Of a stretch of 64,000 nucleotides of DNA, positions 8,671-17,346 are shown one piece after another. Below the pieces are notes generated by a model. That model had not been told where the DNA came from, made no database searches, and worked only from the letters and a program-made list of their open reading frames with translations. The translations under genes and the position numbers were made by a program. The DNA lies in IMG/VR virus record IMGVR_UViG_3300007735_000926, positions 133,683 to 197,682 of that record; one strand, 5' to 3'. Source of the DNA: a virus. Its lineage: Duplodnaviria; Heunggongvirae; Uroviricota; Caudoviricetes. Positions within the stretch are counted from its first letter, which is position 1, and each line of letters opens with the position of its first letter.

Positions 8671-8871
8671 GTGTGTATTGTATTGTAGTTTTTATACCGG
8701 AGAATTTCAATTGCTCATCAATGTTGGAACCTTCGCAGATGATACTGCGCAATACTTCTTCCAGCCATCCAACAACATAACCATATTCAATTTTGTTTTC
8801 CGGTGAATACTTACGAGAGCGTTCTTCAACGTTTGAGACCAGTTTATTTATTTTTTCCTTATCGGTCATTT
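8651..8871 (-). CDS. hypothetical protein (start likely ATG 8869-8871 overlapping upstream stop as ATGA)
   Basis: Track ORF 8651-8908; internal Met MTDKEKINKL coincides with stop of small upstream gene. Confidence 0.35.
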
Positions 8872-9011
8872 CAATAATCCCGTTCGCGGCGTTTGATAAG
8901 TTCTTCATTCACCTGCTTTTCCAGCCAAGATTTTTGGCGGAAGATTTGCCAGCCATAAGTAGGAGCAGGAGGAGGGGAAACGAAGTTCCAGATTTTAAGA
9001 ATGTATTTCAT
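8871..9011 (-). CDS. small hypothetical protein (46 aa, proline-rich)
   Basis: Hand-translated MKYILKIWNFVSPPPAPTYGW...; motif at 9015-9035. Confidence 0.3.
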   Translation of the reverse strand: MKYILKIWNFVSPPPAPTYGWQIFRQKSWLEKQVNEELIKRRERDY

Positions 9012-9025
9012 GTCAGTATTGTATT

Positions 9026-9196
9026 CTAGTTTTTTAGATATTCCTTGTAGCTCTCAATTAATTCAGGAAAGGCATTCACAATTCGCCCAAGATTTTCATT
9101 GTCGGCATAGCACATGGTGTCTGCCAGCGATTTCACAAAGCTTCCACCGTATTGTTTCATCAACACAATGATTGGCAGTAATTCGTCTCTCGTCAT
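9026..9196 (-). CDS. small hypothetical protein (56 aa)
   Basis: Hand-translated MTRDELLPIIVLMKQYGGSF...; motif at 9205-9222; its TAG stop sits inside the downstream motif CTAGTTTTT. Confidence 0.35.
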   Translation of the reverse strand: MTRDELLPIIVLMKQYGGSFVKSLADTMCYADNENLGRIVNAFPELIESYKEYLKN

Positions 9197-9210
9197 GTCC
9201 TGATTGTATT

Positions 9211-9420
9211 TTAGTTTTTATTTGCGAGCTTCAATCCTTGATAGATTGCCGATACCGTCTGAAGATCCCAACCATACATGGCAGCATCATCGAATAGATT
9301 GGCAAGAGCGTTCAGATAGTCACCGCAGTGGTGGGCAGTGCCAAGGAAATTCCACACAGCTTCTTCGTTTGTGGAGTCTTTGGCGAACCCTGCGATCTCT
9401 TCCTTAGTGAGTCGTTGCAT
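9211..9420 (-). CDS. hypothetical protein
   Basis: 69 aa; motif at 9427-9444. Confidence 0.4.
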   Translation of the reverse strand: MQRLTKEEIAGFAKDSTNEEAVWNFLGTAHHCGDYLNALANLFDDAAMYGWDLQTVSAIYQGLKLANKN

Positions 9421-9445
9421 GCCCTGATTGTATCGTAGTTTTTAT

Positions 9446-10207
9446 TTAGTAAACCCTCGCACCTGCTGCGATCTTGACGATCTCGCCACTCTTCAATTTG
9501 ACCACAACAGTGTCCACCGTTTTCGTGAATCCAAAGATGCGCTCAATGTCCTTGGACATGTGATAGGATGGATTGGACGAATAACCACATTGCCATTCCT
9601 CATCCAATTGCTGGCATTCTTCACGATCAAGTTCCTCACCATCACGACGACCCTCGACAATGCCGAATTCAGCCACCAGATCAACAGGAATCGAATAATC
9701 ACCTTGGTGACGAAGGAACAATGGATAAGCATAACCACCTCGCACATCGCAACCAGTGTGGGCATAGACGACCATCAGAGCATCGTCATTGTAAATCCAA
9801 TCACCACTATCCTCTTCAGCATACACTTCCCAGACATACGTTTGCGATAGATCATTCTCCCCATTGTATGTATTGTCTCTTGCAAGTTGCTGCAATCCAA
9901 GGACTTCTGTAGCGAATTTTTCTCCTGCTTCAAACCAACTCAGATCAGAATTCTCTTCTTGTGCCGCCCATGAATCAAAATTGGATTGAATTTCCGAATC
10001 GACCACACATGTTTCATCGAGGAAACGAGCAGTTTCAATCGTCGCATTGATTTCACTATTACCCCAAGTTTCAATTGAAACCATGGGAGTCTGTTCTGTG
10101 ATGGCTGGCTTGTCGTAATGACGACCGTAGTAGTCTCCACTATCAAGAAAATGTCGGCCCGTGTTGTGACGAAATGCTTTGGCGATTGTAGCGAGGTTGT
10201 CTGTCAT
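9446..10207 (-). CDS. hypothetical protein
   Basis: 253 aa acidic protein; motif at 10215-10232. Confidence 0.5.
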   Translation of the reverse strand: MTDNLATIAKAFRHNTGRHFLDSGDYYGRHYDKPAITEQTPMVSIETWGNSEINATIETARFLDETCVVDSEIQSNFDSWAAQEENSDLSWFEAGEKFATEVLGLQQLARDNTYNGENDLSQTYVWEVYAEEDSGDWIYNDDALMVVYAHTGCDVRGGYAYPLFLRHQGDYSIPVDLVAEFGIVEGRRDGEELDREECQQLDEEWQCGYSSNPSYHMSKDIERIFGFTKTVDTVVVKLKSGEIVKIAAGARVY

Positions 10208-10228
10208 GGTATTATTGTGTTCTAGTTT

Positions 10229-10471
10229 TTAATCCCGGTGGGTATACATGGATGCAAAATACACTTCAAATTTATTACCTTTTTTTCCACGAATGGATGA
10301 CCACTTGGAAACAGAGATACATTCTTTTTCATGAGTGGAAACAAAATGGTCCCTTGCTGCTTTTTTAGAGAATTCAAAAGTTTGACCATATGCTGCAACC
10401 AATTCATTATCAATTCGAACATAAGTTCGACACTTAAATGGTTGTGGTTGAATATCGGCCAAAGTTTTCAT
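10229..10471 (-). CDS. hypothetical protein
   Basis: 80 aa; TAA stop is first triplet of downstream motif. Confidence 0.4.
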   Translation of the reverse strand: MKTLADIQPQPFKCRTYVRIDNELVAAYGQTFEFSKKAARDHFVSTHEKECISVSKWSSIRGKKGNKFEVYFASMYTHRD

Positions 10472-10498
10472 GTCCGTATTGTGTTCTAGTTTTTTAAA

Positions 10499-10738
10499 TC
10501 AGTAACCATTGGCAAGTGCCCATTTTTCGATTTGAGAGACGATTTTCTCGGAGATCATTTCCTCATTACCATGAGATGTTTCGATGAAGCCCATGTCTTG
10601 AGCGATAGCTAGAGACCCTGATGCTGACGTGGCAGTGTTTTCAATGTCGCAGTATGCTCGTTGTTCACCATCTTCCTCGAAAAATTCAAGAGTCACGATG
10701 TATTTTCCGAATTGTTTTGTCAGCGTATCGTTTCGCAT
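10499..10738 (-). CDS. hypothetical protein
   Basis: 79 aa; motif at 10745-10762. Confidence 0.4.
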   Translation of the reverse strand: MRNDTLTKQFGKYIVTLEFFEEDGEQRAYCDIENTATSASGSLAIAQDMGFIETSHGNEEMISEKIVSQIEKWALANGY

Positions 10739-10767
10739 GGCATTATTTTGTTCTAGTTTTTATTCGA

Positions 10768-11103
10768 TCAATACAGTTCAAGATTTTCAACAGCATACAT
10801 CAGTTCAGAGCGCATTTCCCTGATGATTTCAGAGCGCATCTTAGCTCGGTCACCCTTGGCAAGAAGCTGTCCAGCGAGAAATGCGTCGTGTAATGCCAAT
10901 TCAGAGAAATATGCACGATCCACATGGTCACCCTTGATGCTCTTCGGAGAGATCCACTTGTGGCCCAATTCTTCCATCAGGCGACCAACATAGTGAGTCA
11001 TGTGAATGTCATCCTGAGTCTTCTTGTAATTGGCAAGAGGATTACCAAATTGCTTCCAAAGACGGTCAGTGAGATTGTTGAGGATAGTGAGAATGTCATT
11101 CAT
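10768..11103 (-). CDS. hypothetical protein (weak MazG/NTP-pyrophosphohydrolase-like features)
   Basis: 111 aa helical protein with EELGH and D/E-rich segments; assignment tentative. Confidence 0.25.
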   Translation of the reverse strand: MNDILTILNNLTDRLWKQFGNPLANYKKTQDDIHMTHYVGRLMEELGHKWISPKSIKGDHVDRAYFSELALHDAFLAGQLLAKGDRAKMRSEIIREMRSELMYAVENLELY

Positions 11104-11256
11104 GGTGGTGTTATAGTGAAAGTGTAAATCCCAAGTTTCTCAATTCCTTACAAACGATTCGAAATCTTTTTCGCTCGGAAAAGTTAAGCCCATTCTTAGA
11201 TTTCAGAATGAGAACACGAAGCTCATCGAGTAAATCATTTATCTTTGATTCATCAT

Positions 11257-11535
11257 TCATATGTTAGCTTGAATTAGAATTTGAGCCTCGGAGTTTGAGA
11301 GTCCGACAATTCGCGACCATTGATCCACTTCGCCAGCCGGACAGTCTGGATTCTGGCACCAGTGGCCATCATACAGCGCCCAATAGCATTTTCCGCAGCG
11401 TGATCCAGAGCGTCTAATGCGTGGACCGCCATCGGCTAACAAGTCAGCGCACGCAACGCCGTTGGCGTTACTGTTTGGATTTGTGCTTTGATCGTCGGCG
11501 TGCATGACTTCAATCGATATCAGTCCCAGTTCCAA
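11257..11535 (-). CDS. Cys-rich hypothetical protein (possible zinc-binding)
   Basis: CxxC-like spacing RCGKCYW...CQNPDCPAGE. Confidence 0.35.
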   Translation of the reverse strand: MELGLISIEVMHADDQSTNPNSNANGVACADLLADGGPRIRRSGSRCGKCYWALYDGHWCQNPDCPAGEVDQWSRIVGLSNSEAQILIQANI

Positions 11536-11843
11536 GGATTTTCTTCAGCGACTTTACCCTGTTGAGGGATTTTTTCAAAGTCATGTGAATTGATAGCATC
11601 CCTTGTGGCAGAGCGATTCTTCTTATGGTCGAAATGTTTGATGTTCTTTTTAATTGCGGTATTCTGCTTACTATCAGAAGTATGCACCTTGGCCCATTTG
11701 ATTAATTGTCGGGCAGTATATTCATCTTCATCGATGATCCATGCAGCATACTTGACCTTGTAAAGATTCTTGCCAATAAGTTCAATCGAATGGATGTAAT
11801 CCAATCTTTTCTTCAGAGTCTGAATAGCTTCAGCAACGTGCAT
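11520..11843 (-). CDS. hypothetical protein
   Basis: 107 aa basic protein; preceded by terminator hairpin plus motif. Confidence 0.4.
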   Translation of the reverse strand: MHVAEAIQTLKKRLDYIHSIELIGKNLYKVKYAAWIIDEDEYTARQLIKWAKVHTSDSKQNTAIKKNIKHFDHKKNRSATRDAINSHDFEKIPQQGKVAEENPWNWD

Positions 11844-11865
11844 GAGAAGATCTTACGCTAGTTTT

Positions 11866-11904
11866 TACCAACAAAATCCCCTCCCCGATTAAAGGGAGGG
11901 GATC
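11866..11904 (-). terminator. rho-independent terminator (GGGGAGGGGAT stem, 7-nt loop, U-tract on minus strand)
   Basis: ATCCCCTCCCC-GATTAAA-GGGGAGGGGAT followed on minus strand by TTTTGTT; immediately followed by gene-upstream motif. Confidence 0.55.
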
Positions 11905-11921
11905 ATATCAAAGGAATCAAA

Positions 11922-12149
11922 TCAACGCTTACCCAATCGGCTCAATTGCCACTGATACAGGTTGTTGTAATTGACAGATACACCCATCCGTTCAAGAACC
12001 TGATGCACTTGTGTCCAAGTAAATCCGCGTTCGCGAAGCTTGACAATGCCATTGAGATTGGCATCCAGAATCTGAGTGGTTCCCCTGTTCACCCATCCAC
12101 GACTAGCAGGACGAGCGATGTTGTAGGCGCAGCAATTCAGTTTATTCAT
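11922..12149 (-). CDS. small DNA-binding (HTH) protein candidate
   Basis: 75 aa, C-terminal WTQVHQVLERMGVSVNYNNLYQW helix-turn-helix-like; upstream leader is a CA-rich tract instead of the usual motif. Confidence 0.3.
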   Translation of the reverse strand: MNKLNCCAYNIARPASRGWVNRGTTQILDANLNGIVKLRERGFTWTQVHQVLERMGVSVNYNNLYQWQLSRLGKR

Positions 12150-12188
12150 GTGTTATGTGTTGTGTGTTGTGTGTGTTTATTGAGATGA

Positions 12189-12680
12189 TCAGCCACCGAA
12201 ATCTTCAGTGGCGAGGATGTTTTCACGCTTGATGGTGAAGCACTCAGGCTTCTCACCAGAGGAAAGCTTGGCTGCTTCCGAGGGAGTGAGATAGCTTGTG
12301 AAGGTGTTCTTGTCAACCTTCTCACCATTCACGAAGTAGATAGTCTCGCAGCGTGAATCTGTTGGATACAAGCGGACATATTCAGTGTCCTTGTGGGTGA
12401 TGATGTATGGAAAGCTCTTCCACTCACCCCAAGGAAGCTCTTGGACTTCACCACGAGTTCCTTCTTCAATGCCCTGCTGGACAGAAGAGAGATTGGCGAA
12501 ATTGATTCCGGCGCGGCACACTGCACTGGTGTGCTTTTCGAGCAGCACTCCTGCCTTCTTGTGGGCAGCAGCAGGGGATGGATTGGACTTCCAGACCGCT
12601 TTAACAAACTGACCCTTGCTATTGAGGATGCGATTCAGGATTTCTTCAGCGGTGAGAGACTGTGTAGTAGTGTTGGGCAC
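12189..12680 (-). CDS. hypothetical protein
   Basis: 163 aa; region noticeably GC-richer than neighbours. Confidence 0.45.
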   Translation of the reverse strand: MPNTTTQSLTAEEILNRILNSKGQFVKAVWKSNPSPAAAHKKAGVLLEKHTSAVCRAGINFANLSSVQQGIEEGTRGEVQELPWGEWKSFPYIITHKDTEYVRLYPTDSRCETIYFVNGEKVDKNTFTSYLTPSEAAKLSSGEKPECFTIKRENILATEDFGG

Positions 12681-12720
12681 GCGTTTATTTTGGTGTAGTT
12701 TTTAAAATATGATTGGATTT

Positions 12721-13116
12721 TCAGTTGCTGGCCAATTTGAAAGATTTGAGATACCGAGCGAATTCGACATTGTTCGTGTGAACATCATCTTCTACTTCCA
12801 ATCCTTTGATATCAAGACCATAGATACTCTCAGGAACAATGAAAGCAATCGCGCTTAGAGAATTATTCAGATCAGGTTCATGGAAACAAGCATAATCGAC
12901 TTCGAAAGATTCCAGTTCCGCCATGCGCTGTTTCATGTCTTCCGAGCCACCACCATCCAACAGGATGAATGTCTTGTGGTGCTGTGCGAAGTTCTTATAT
13001 ACCTTTCTGCCGCCGTATTTCAAGCCATACTCAATAGCGGCATGACCTGCTTGGATTCCCTTTTGAATTCCTGAAAGGTTATACATTACAAAGAAATACA
13101 TTCGTGATTGTCGCAT
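12721..13116 (-). CDS. possible PTH2-like peptidyl-tRNA hydrolase paralog (divergent)
   Basis: MYFFVMYNLSGIQKGIQAGHAAIEY resembles PTH2 core VVRxDLxMGKGKxAAQxSHAA; weaker than 56919-57341. Confidence 0.3.
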   Translation of the reverse strand: MRQSRMYFFVMYNLSGIQKGIQAGHAAIEYGLKYGGRKVYKNFAQHHKTFILLDGGGSEDMKQRMAELESFEVDYACFHEPDLNNSLSAIAFIVPESIYGLDIKGLEVEDDVHTNNVEFARYLKSFKLASN

Positions 13117-13135
13117 GCCGTGATTTTGTCGTAGT

Positions 13136-13171
13136 TTTTAAAAGGGGAGGGAGGTTAGATCCTCCCTCCCC
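13136..13171 (-). terminator. rho-independent terminator (11-bp GGGGAGGGAGG stem)
   Basis: GGGGAGGGAGG-TTAGAT-CCTCCCTCCCC followed on minus strand by TTTTAAAAA which merges into next gene's motif. Confidence 0.55.
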
Positions 13172-13182
13172 AAATTTATTTC

Positions 13183-14217
13183 TTAGTTGCCGCTAAGAAC
13201 CAGATCACCCCGCTTGATGAATTTCTCACGCTGCGATGGATTGCTAAGAGCAGCGAGGAAATTGCACTTGTTGTCCATTCCAAGACCAAACTCAGAGGAG
13301 AACGCTTTGCGTCCAAGATCCTTGTTTGCGCCTCCAGTGCCGTTTCCACGAGTCCAATAGTCAGTGGCACCTTGGGCGAGGTAGAACATGTTGCCACCAC
13401 GATTGCCAGCACCATTCCAAGCGAGTGCCACAATCTCAGTCATCTGATTGAATGAGCGAGTGGAAAGCTTTTCTTCAGCCTTCGTCTTGTCTGCCAAGAA
13501 CCCAGCAACGAACCTTTCAGCCTTCGACAGATCACATTCAATCGAGAACAATTCTGCCATGTTTTCTTCGAAGACACGACGATTATGCAGAGTGCTGTTC
13601 ACAATCTGTGCCATGTTCATGATGCGAACACTGGCGTTCTTGGTATGGGCGATATTGAATCCCTGATTGCCCCTTGAAGCATACGACGAACGAACAGTGT
13701 TCATACAGACAGTGCGATGAGTCGTATCATAATACGATGCATTCTTAGTGCCATCGTGGGAAGTGAACAGAGAGAAGAATGCCTTGCACTCACTTCCATC
13801 AGGAAGCTTGATATTGGATTCGTTGTCGAATTCCACAGAGACAAAGAAGTTCTTCAGTCCCGAGAGAGTTCCAGCGGAAACAATCTTGTAATTGATACCA
13901 TCCAGAGATTCCTGAAGAGCATCAAAAAGCACTTCATTCTGAAGGATTTCATACTTGTCAGATGCCACATGCACAGGGCGGAAATCGCCATTGATATCTT
14001 CGATGTTGCGAAGATCTGCCACAATAGTCTTCCAGCCTTCCAGTGGAACTTCCACTCCTTCGATGTTGACGTTGGCTTGTCCTTCCAGATAGGGAATGAA
14101 CAGAGGCTTGATGATTTCCTTGGTCAATGGAACCTGATGGTTCTCATCGAGCTTGTGCCATGCACGGTCTCCAAAGGTGATGACGCGATCAGTTCCGACT
14201 TCAATTTCGTGTGCCAT
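13183..14217 (-). CDS. DUF932-family (phage/plasmid-related TIGR03299-like) protein
   Basis: 344 aa with conserved SLFTSHDGTKNASY and ALAWNGAGNRGGN segments typical of DUF932. Confidence 0.45.
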   Translation of the reverse strand: MAHEIEVGTDRVITFGDRAWHKLDENHQVPLTKEIIKPLFIPYLEGQANVNIEGVEVPLEGWKTIVADLRNIEDINGDFRPVHVASDKYEILQNEVLFDALQESLDGINYKIVSAGTLSGLKNFFVSVEFDNESNIKLPDGSECKAFFSLFTSHDGTKNASYYDTTHRTVCMNTVRSSYASRGNQGFNIAHTKNASVRIMNMAQIVNSTLHNRRVFEENMAELFSIECDLSKAERFVAGFLADKTKAEEKLSTRSFNQMTEIVALAWNGAGNRGGNMFYLAQGATDYWTRGNGTGGANKDLGRKAFSSEFGLGMDNKCNFLAALSNPSQREKFIKRGDLVLSGN

Positions 14218-14294
14218 ATATTTGTTGGTTTAGTTGGTTTGTTGGGTGTGCCCCGATTATATCCTAGTTTTTAAACGAATTTTTTCCGTGTCGA

Positions 14295-14573
14295 TCAGTA
14301 GACGATGAGACTTTTTCCCAAATTGTCCATGCGGATTCTGCCGACACTTTCCAATAGAATTTTGGCATTTTCCGTATCATAGTCCTCGCCCAGATCCTTG
14401 GCATCAAGAATCATTTCAAAGAATGTTTCTGACACTGCTGCCGAAAACTCTCGAAAGCTATCGCATATGATACCAGTTGTGGTATCACCAAACATTCCAC
14501 GACCACTATAATCTTCATAGATTTCCATGTCGTAACCATGATCAACGATCAATTCTGCGATTTCTCTTTTCAT
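14295..14573 (-). CDS. hypothetical protein
   Basis: 92 aa acidic. Confidence 0.4.
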   Translation of the reverse strand: MKREIAELIVDHGYDMEIYEDYSGRGMFGDTTTGIICDSFREFSAAVSETFFEMILDAKDLGEDYDTENAKILLESVGRIRMDNLGKSLIVY

Positions 14574-14584
14574 GTTTTTTTAAA

Positions 14585-14854
14585 TTAATCGAGATGAAAT
14601 TCTTCAAACTTTTTCTCCACTTCATCCTTATTGATTGGAATGAAAGATGGTTTATGTCCATTCTTCAAATCCGCGATAGGATTACACCAAGTGGAGGATT
14701 CGTGACCAATGTAGTAATAAGCCTTGCGATTTCTCGCCACAACCTTGGCGAAGAAGAGATCCCGTTCAGGAATGCCATCAGTCTCAACAACAAAACGTGA
14801 AGACTTGTCTTTGTCAATATCCAACGGGATGAACATGTAGTAGCGTTTCTGCAT
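14585..14854 (-). CDS. hypothetical protein
   Basis: 89 aa; motif at 14862-14880. Confidence 0.4.
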   Translation of the reverse strand: MQKRYYMFIPLDIDKDKSSRFVVETDGIPERDLFFAKVVARNRKAYYYIGHESSTWCNPIADLKNGHKPSFIPINKDEVEKKFEEFHLD

Positions 14855-14868
14855 GGCACGATTATTCT

Positions 14869-15219
14869 CTAGTTTTTACGAAAGTGAAATGCTGATGAAC
14901 TCAAATCGTCAAAACCATTCATTTCACCAAAAAATTTCCCAGCAATTTTTTTATTGGAAAGAAGATAACGAGTGGCTTGGCGAATGCGATTCTTCTTTCT
15001 TTTGGAAAGAGATTTGTATTTTGAAACTTCGAAGTGGATAGGTGATTGTGAAGTTTTATTGAATACTTCTCCCAAATCTACTGAGACATGATAAGATCCA
15101 TTATCACCATCCACATGAATTACGAATTTGTCATCTCTATAGTGAGCATAGCCACATTCATCCAATTCATGAATCGTCTCAAGTTCACCGAAAAGTTCGA
15201 ATAAAGTTTCTTTGAGCAT
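14869..15219 (-). CDS. hypothetical protein
   Basis: 116 aa; motif at 15225-15243. Confidence 0.4.
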   Translation of the reverse strand: MLKETLFELFGELETIHELDECGYAHYRDDKFVIHVDGDNGSYHVSVDLGEVFNKTSQSPIHFEVSKYKSLSKRKKNRIRQATRYLLSNKKIAGKFFGEMNGFDDLSSSAFHFRKN

Positions 15220-15334
15220 GGCACGATTATTCTCTAGTTTTTAAAATGGCAGCCCGTTGACTTTTAGAGGGTTGGAACCTCATGGATGGTTTTACCGTGT
15301 AAGACGGGCCAAGCTTACACACCAACCACAATTC

Positions 15335-15823
15335 TTACAGAATACCTTCGGCAATCTGATAGATGTTGGATGGCTTTCCTCGACTACCAGCGGGCCTTTC
15401 AGTCTTACCGATCACTTCAGCCTTACCAATCTTGATAAGAGTCTGGATGAATCCGTTGACATAGACAACATCAACACCCAGCTTTTCGCTCAATTCCTTA
15501 ACAGTTGTTTTCATATCGTTTGTTTCGTTTGTTACTTCTTCAGTGTATTCTAGTTTTTTACATTGCAAGTAGATTCTTCGCATATGACCAATATCCGAAA
15601 ACGCCGCTTTGTCACCAATGATTTCATAAGGTTCTTGGGTAGTCCAGATAAATCTTTCATCATCTTCAGTTTCTGGATAATTCTCAAATACGATTTCGAA
15701 AGCCCGCTCGTTATTTATGGATTCAATTTCAATCACCTTAGCAACTTCCCCGAAATCTTCAGGGTGATAGGAGATACGAACTTCTTGGTTTAGTAAATTA
15801 AGAGGGTTGAATGTTTTGTGCAT
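15335..15823 (-). CDS. hypothetical protein
   Basis: 162 aa. Confidence 0.45.
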   Translation of the reverse strand: MHKTFNPLNLLNQEVRISYHPEDFGEVAKVIEIESINNERAFEIVFENYPETEDDERFIWTTQEPYEIIGDKAAFSDIGHMRRIYLQCKKLEYTEEVTNETNDMKTTVKELSEKLGVDVVYVNGFIQTLIKIGKAEVIGKTERPAGSRGKPSNIYQIAEGIL

Positions 15824-15832
15824 ATTTATATT

Positions 15833-16135
15833 TTATTTTGAGACTGATAACCATGTCAAGACACCGGACGCCAGAGTGGTTATCAATCTTGCGATGTTGG
15901 AAGTTCCTCTATCCAAACCAATTTGCTGCATTAATGGTGCTACCATGAAAAAACAAAATCCAAAAATAACAATACCAATGATGAAGAAAGCCGGGACACC
16001 ATAATCCAATGCCATGATTCTCGAAAGAATGAAGCAACCAATGAGAACCAATCCTAAAGAAATGAATCCTGATGGAATTGCCATTCCAATTAAAAACAGA
16101 AAAAGTCCCAAGAAAATGTAAGGTAATTTAAACAT
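15833..16135 (-). CDS. integral membrane protein (3 predicted TM helices)
   Basis: Hydrophobic throughout: IFLGLFLFLIGMAI..LVLIGCFIL..FFIIGIVIFGFCFFMV. Confidence 0.45.
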   Translation of the reverse strand: MFKLPYIFLGLFLFLIGMAIPSGFISLGLVLIGCFILSRIMALDYGVPAFFIIGIVIFGFCFFMVAPLMQQIGLDRGTSNIARLITTLASGVLTWLSVSK

Positions 16136-16346
16136 CTTCGCACAATTCTAAAATGGCTTTTGCAATTGCAACAGCAGTTTGTTTATCAGTGGAAATTCCT
16201 TGGATATTTTGTTTATGTCCTTTGACGAAATCGAAAGACTCAATCGTAATACCTTCTCCTCCTACATCTCTACGGAAATCCTCAACTGAAAACCCGTAAT
16301 GAATATTTGGGAAAATTTTAATTTCTCTATAAATTTCGAGATCCAT
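16128..16346 (-). CDS. hypothetical protein
   Basis: 72 aa. Confidence 0.35.
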   Translation of the reverse strand: MDLEIYREIKIFPNIHYGFSVEDFRRDVGGEGITIESFDFVKGHKQNIQGISTDKQTAVAIAKAILELCEDV

Positions 16347-16348
16347 GA

Positions 16349-16555
16349 TTATTCGATTATCAAATCAATTTCTTCTGGTCGCAATTCTTCACCAATTGAC
16401 AACTGATGCCCCTCAAAAATAAACCTAGCATAGTCACCATATTTTTTCATAACAGAATGAATATCAGGTGCTTCGACCCATGACCGTTTAACCAGACAAT
16501 GATGATGAGAACCCGATTGCCAACGATCTTCCCAAATTACAGTGTATTTTTGCAT
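16349..16555 (-). CDS. hypothetical protein
   Basis: 68 aa; motif at 16563-16580. Confidence 0.4.
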   Translation of the reverse strand: MQKYTVIWEDRWQSGSHHHCLVKRSWVEAPDIHSVMKKYGDYARFIFEGHQLSIGEELRPEEIDLIIE

Positions 16556-16579
16556 GAGACGATTATGTTTTAGTTTTTA

Positions 16580-16793
16580 TAAAACACAAACTGAAAAATA
16601 ATTTCGCTTCGGAACGATTTGCGCATTACCTTTTCAATATCCGAGTTTCAGGATGATGGAATCTATGCCTGTCATTACTGACTTTTTCCGCGCACCCGAA
16701 GGCTCCATGTCTCGATCCCACCAGTCTCCATTCTAAGTTAATAGTAGAGGGAGTTTCTGGTAATAATTTTGATACTGCCGAAGCGAAAAATAT
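16580..16793 (-). ncRNA. ORF-free ~215 bp region closed by 11-12 bp long-range inverted repeat; candidate structured RNA or 3' UTR element
   Basis: ATTTCGCTTCGG (16601-16612) pairs with CCGAAGCGAAA (16778-16788); internal GC-rich segments; no ORF on either strand. Confidence 0.3.
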
Positions 16794-16964
16794 TTATTCA
16801 GGCTTGATGCGCTGATAAACCTTGCGCTTCTTGTGCTTGCTCTCAGGAGCATCCCAATCAGTGTCACAAGTCTTTCCCTTGAAAATACGAGTGCCATTGT
16901 TGTTCTGATCATCCTTGCTTGCGAATCCCGCTTTTCGGGCCTGTCGAGTGTTTTTGTTGGCCAT
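16794..16964 (-). CDS. small basic protein (56 aa)
   Basis: Hand-translated MANKNTRQARKAGFASKDDQNNNGTRIFKGKTCDTDWDAPESKHKKRKVYQRIKPE; lacks the conserved motif and sits 20 nt downstream of a 33-aa TM peptide gene. Confidence 0.35.
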   Translation of the reverse strand: MANKNTRQARKAGFASKDDQNNNGTRIFKGKTCDTDWDAPESKHKKRKVYQRIKPE

Positions 16965-16984
16965 ATGTTTTATTTTGTGTTTGT

Positions 16985-17086
16985 TTTAACCTCTAAAGAG
17001 AATCCAAAGAACTCCGAGCGTCACTGCTCCTCCCACTACATGTTGGAGAACATCCCATCCGTTTGTTGTCACTTCTGCTAATGTCA
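16985..17086 (-). CDS. 33-aa hydrophobic peptide
   Basis: MTLAEVTTNGWDVLQHVVGGAVTLGVLWILFRG; motif at 17095-17112. Confidence 0.3.
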
Positions 17087-17120
17087 TGCTTTGATTATAT
17101 TTTAGTTTTTATGAGGTTGA

Positions 17121-17318
17121 TTACTCCATGTTATCGCGAATGCTCATCAATTTGAATCTTTGATCGAGGCTTTCATCGATCAACTTCATCCATTTGCCTT
17201 TCTTGTCTTCAGCAGCATCCATCCAAGATTCTCGTAGAAGAGAAAGCTTATCATCAATTTTCTGGATTTCTACTACAATGTATTCAGAAGCAGAATCGTC
17301 TTTAATTTGTTTAGCCAT
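17121..17318 (-). CDS. hypothetical protein
   Basis: 65 aa; motif at 17328-17346. Confidence 0.4.
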   Translation of the reverse strand: MAKQIKDDSASEYIVVEIQKIDDKLSLLRESWMDAAEDKKGKWMKLIDESLDQRFKLMSIRDNME

Positions 17319-17346
17319 ATTGATTGCGCTTATTGTATTCTAGTTT

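Noticed and set aside
9568-9912. His-rich plus-strand ORF (HHHDDPRQC...)
   Set aside because: Antisense shadow of the 9446-10207 gene; low-complexity composition.
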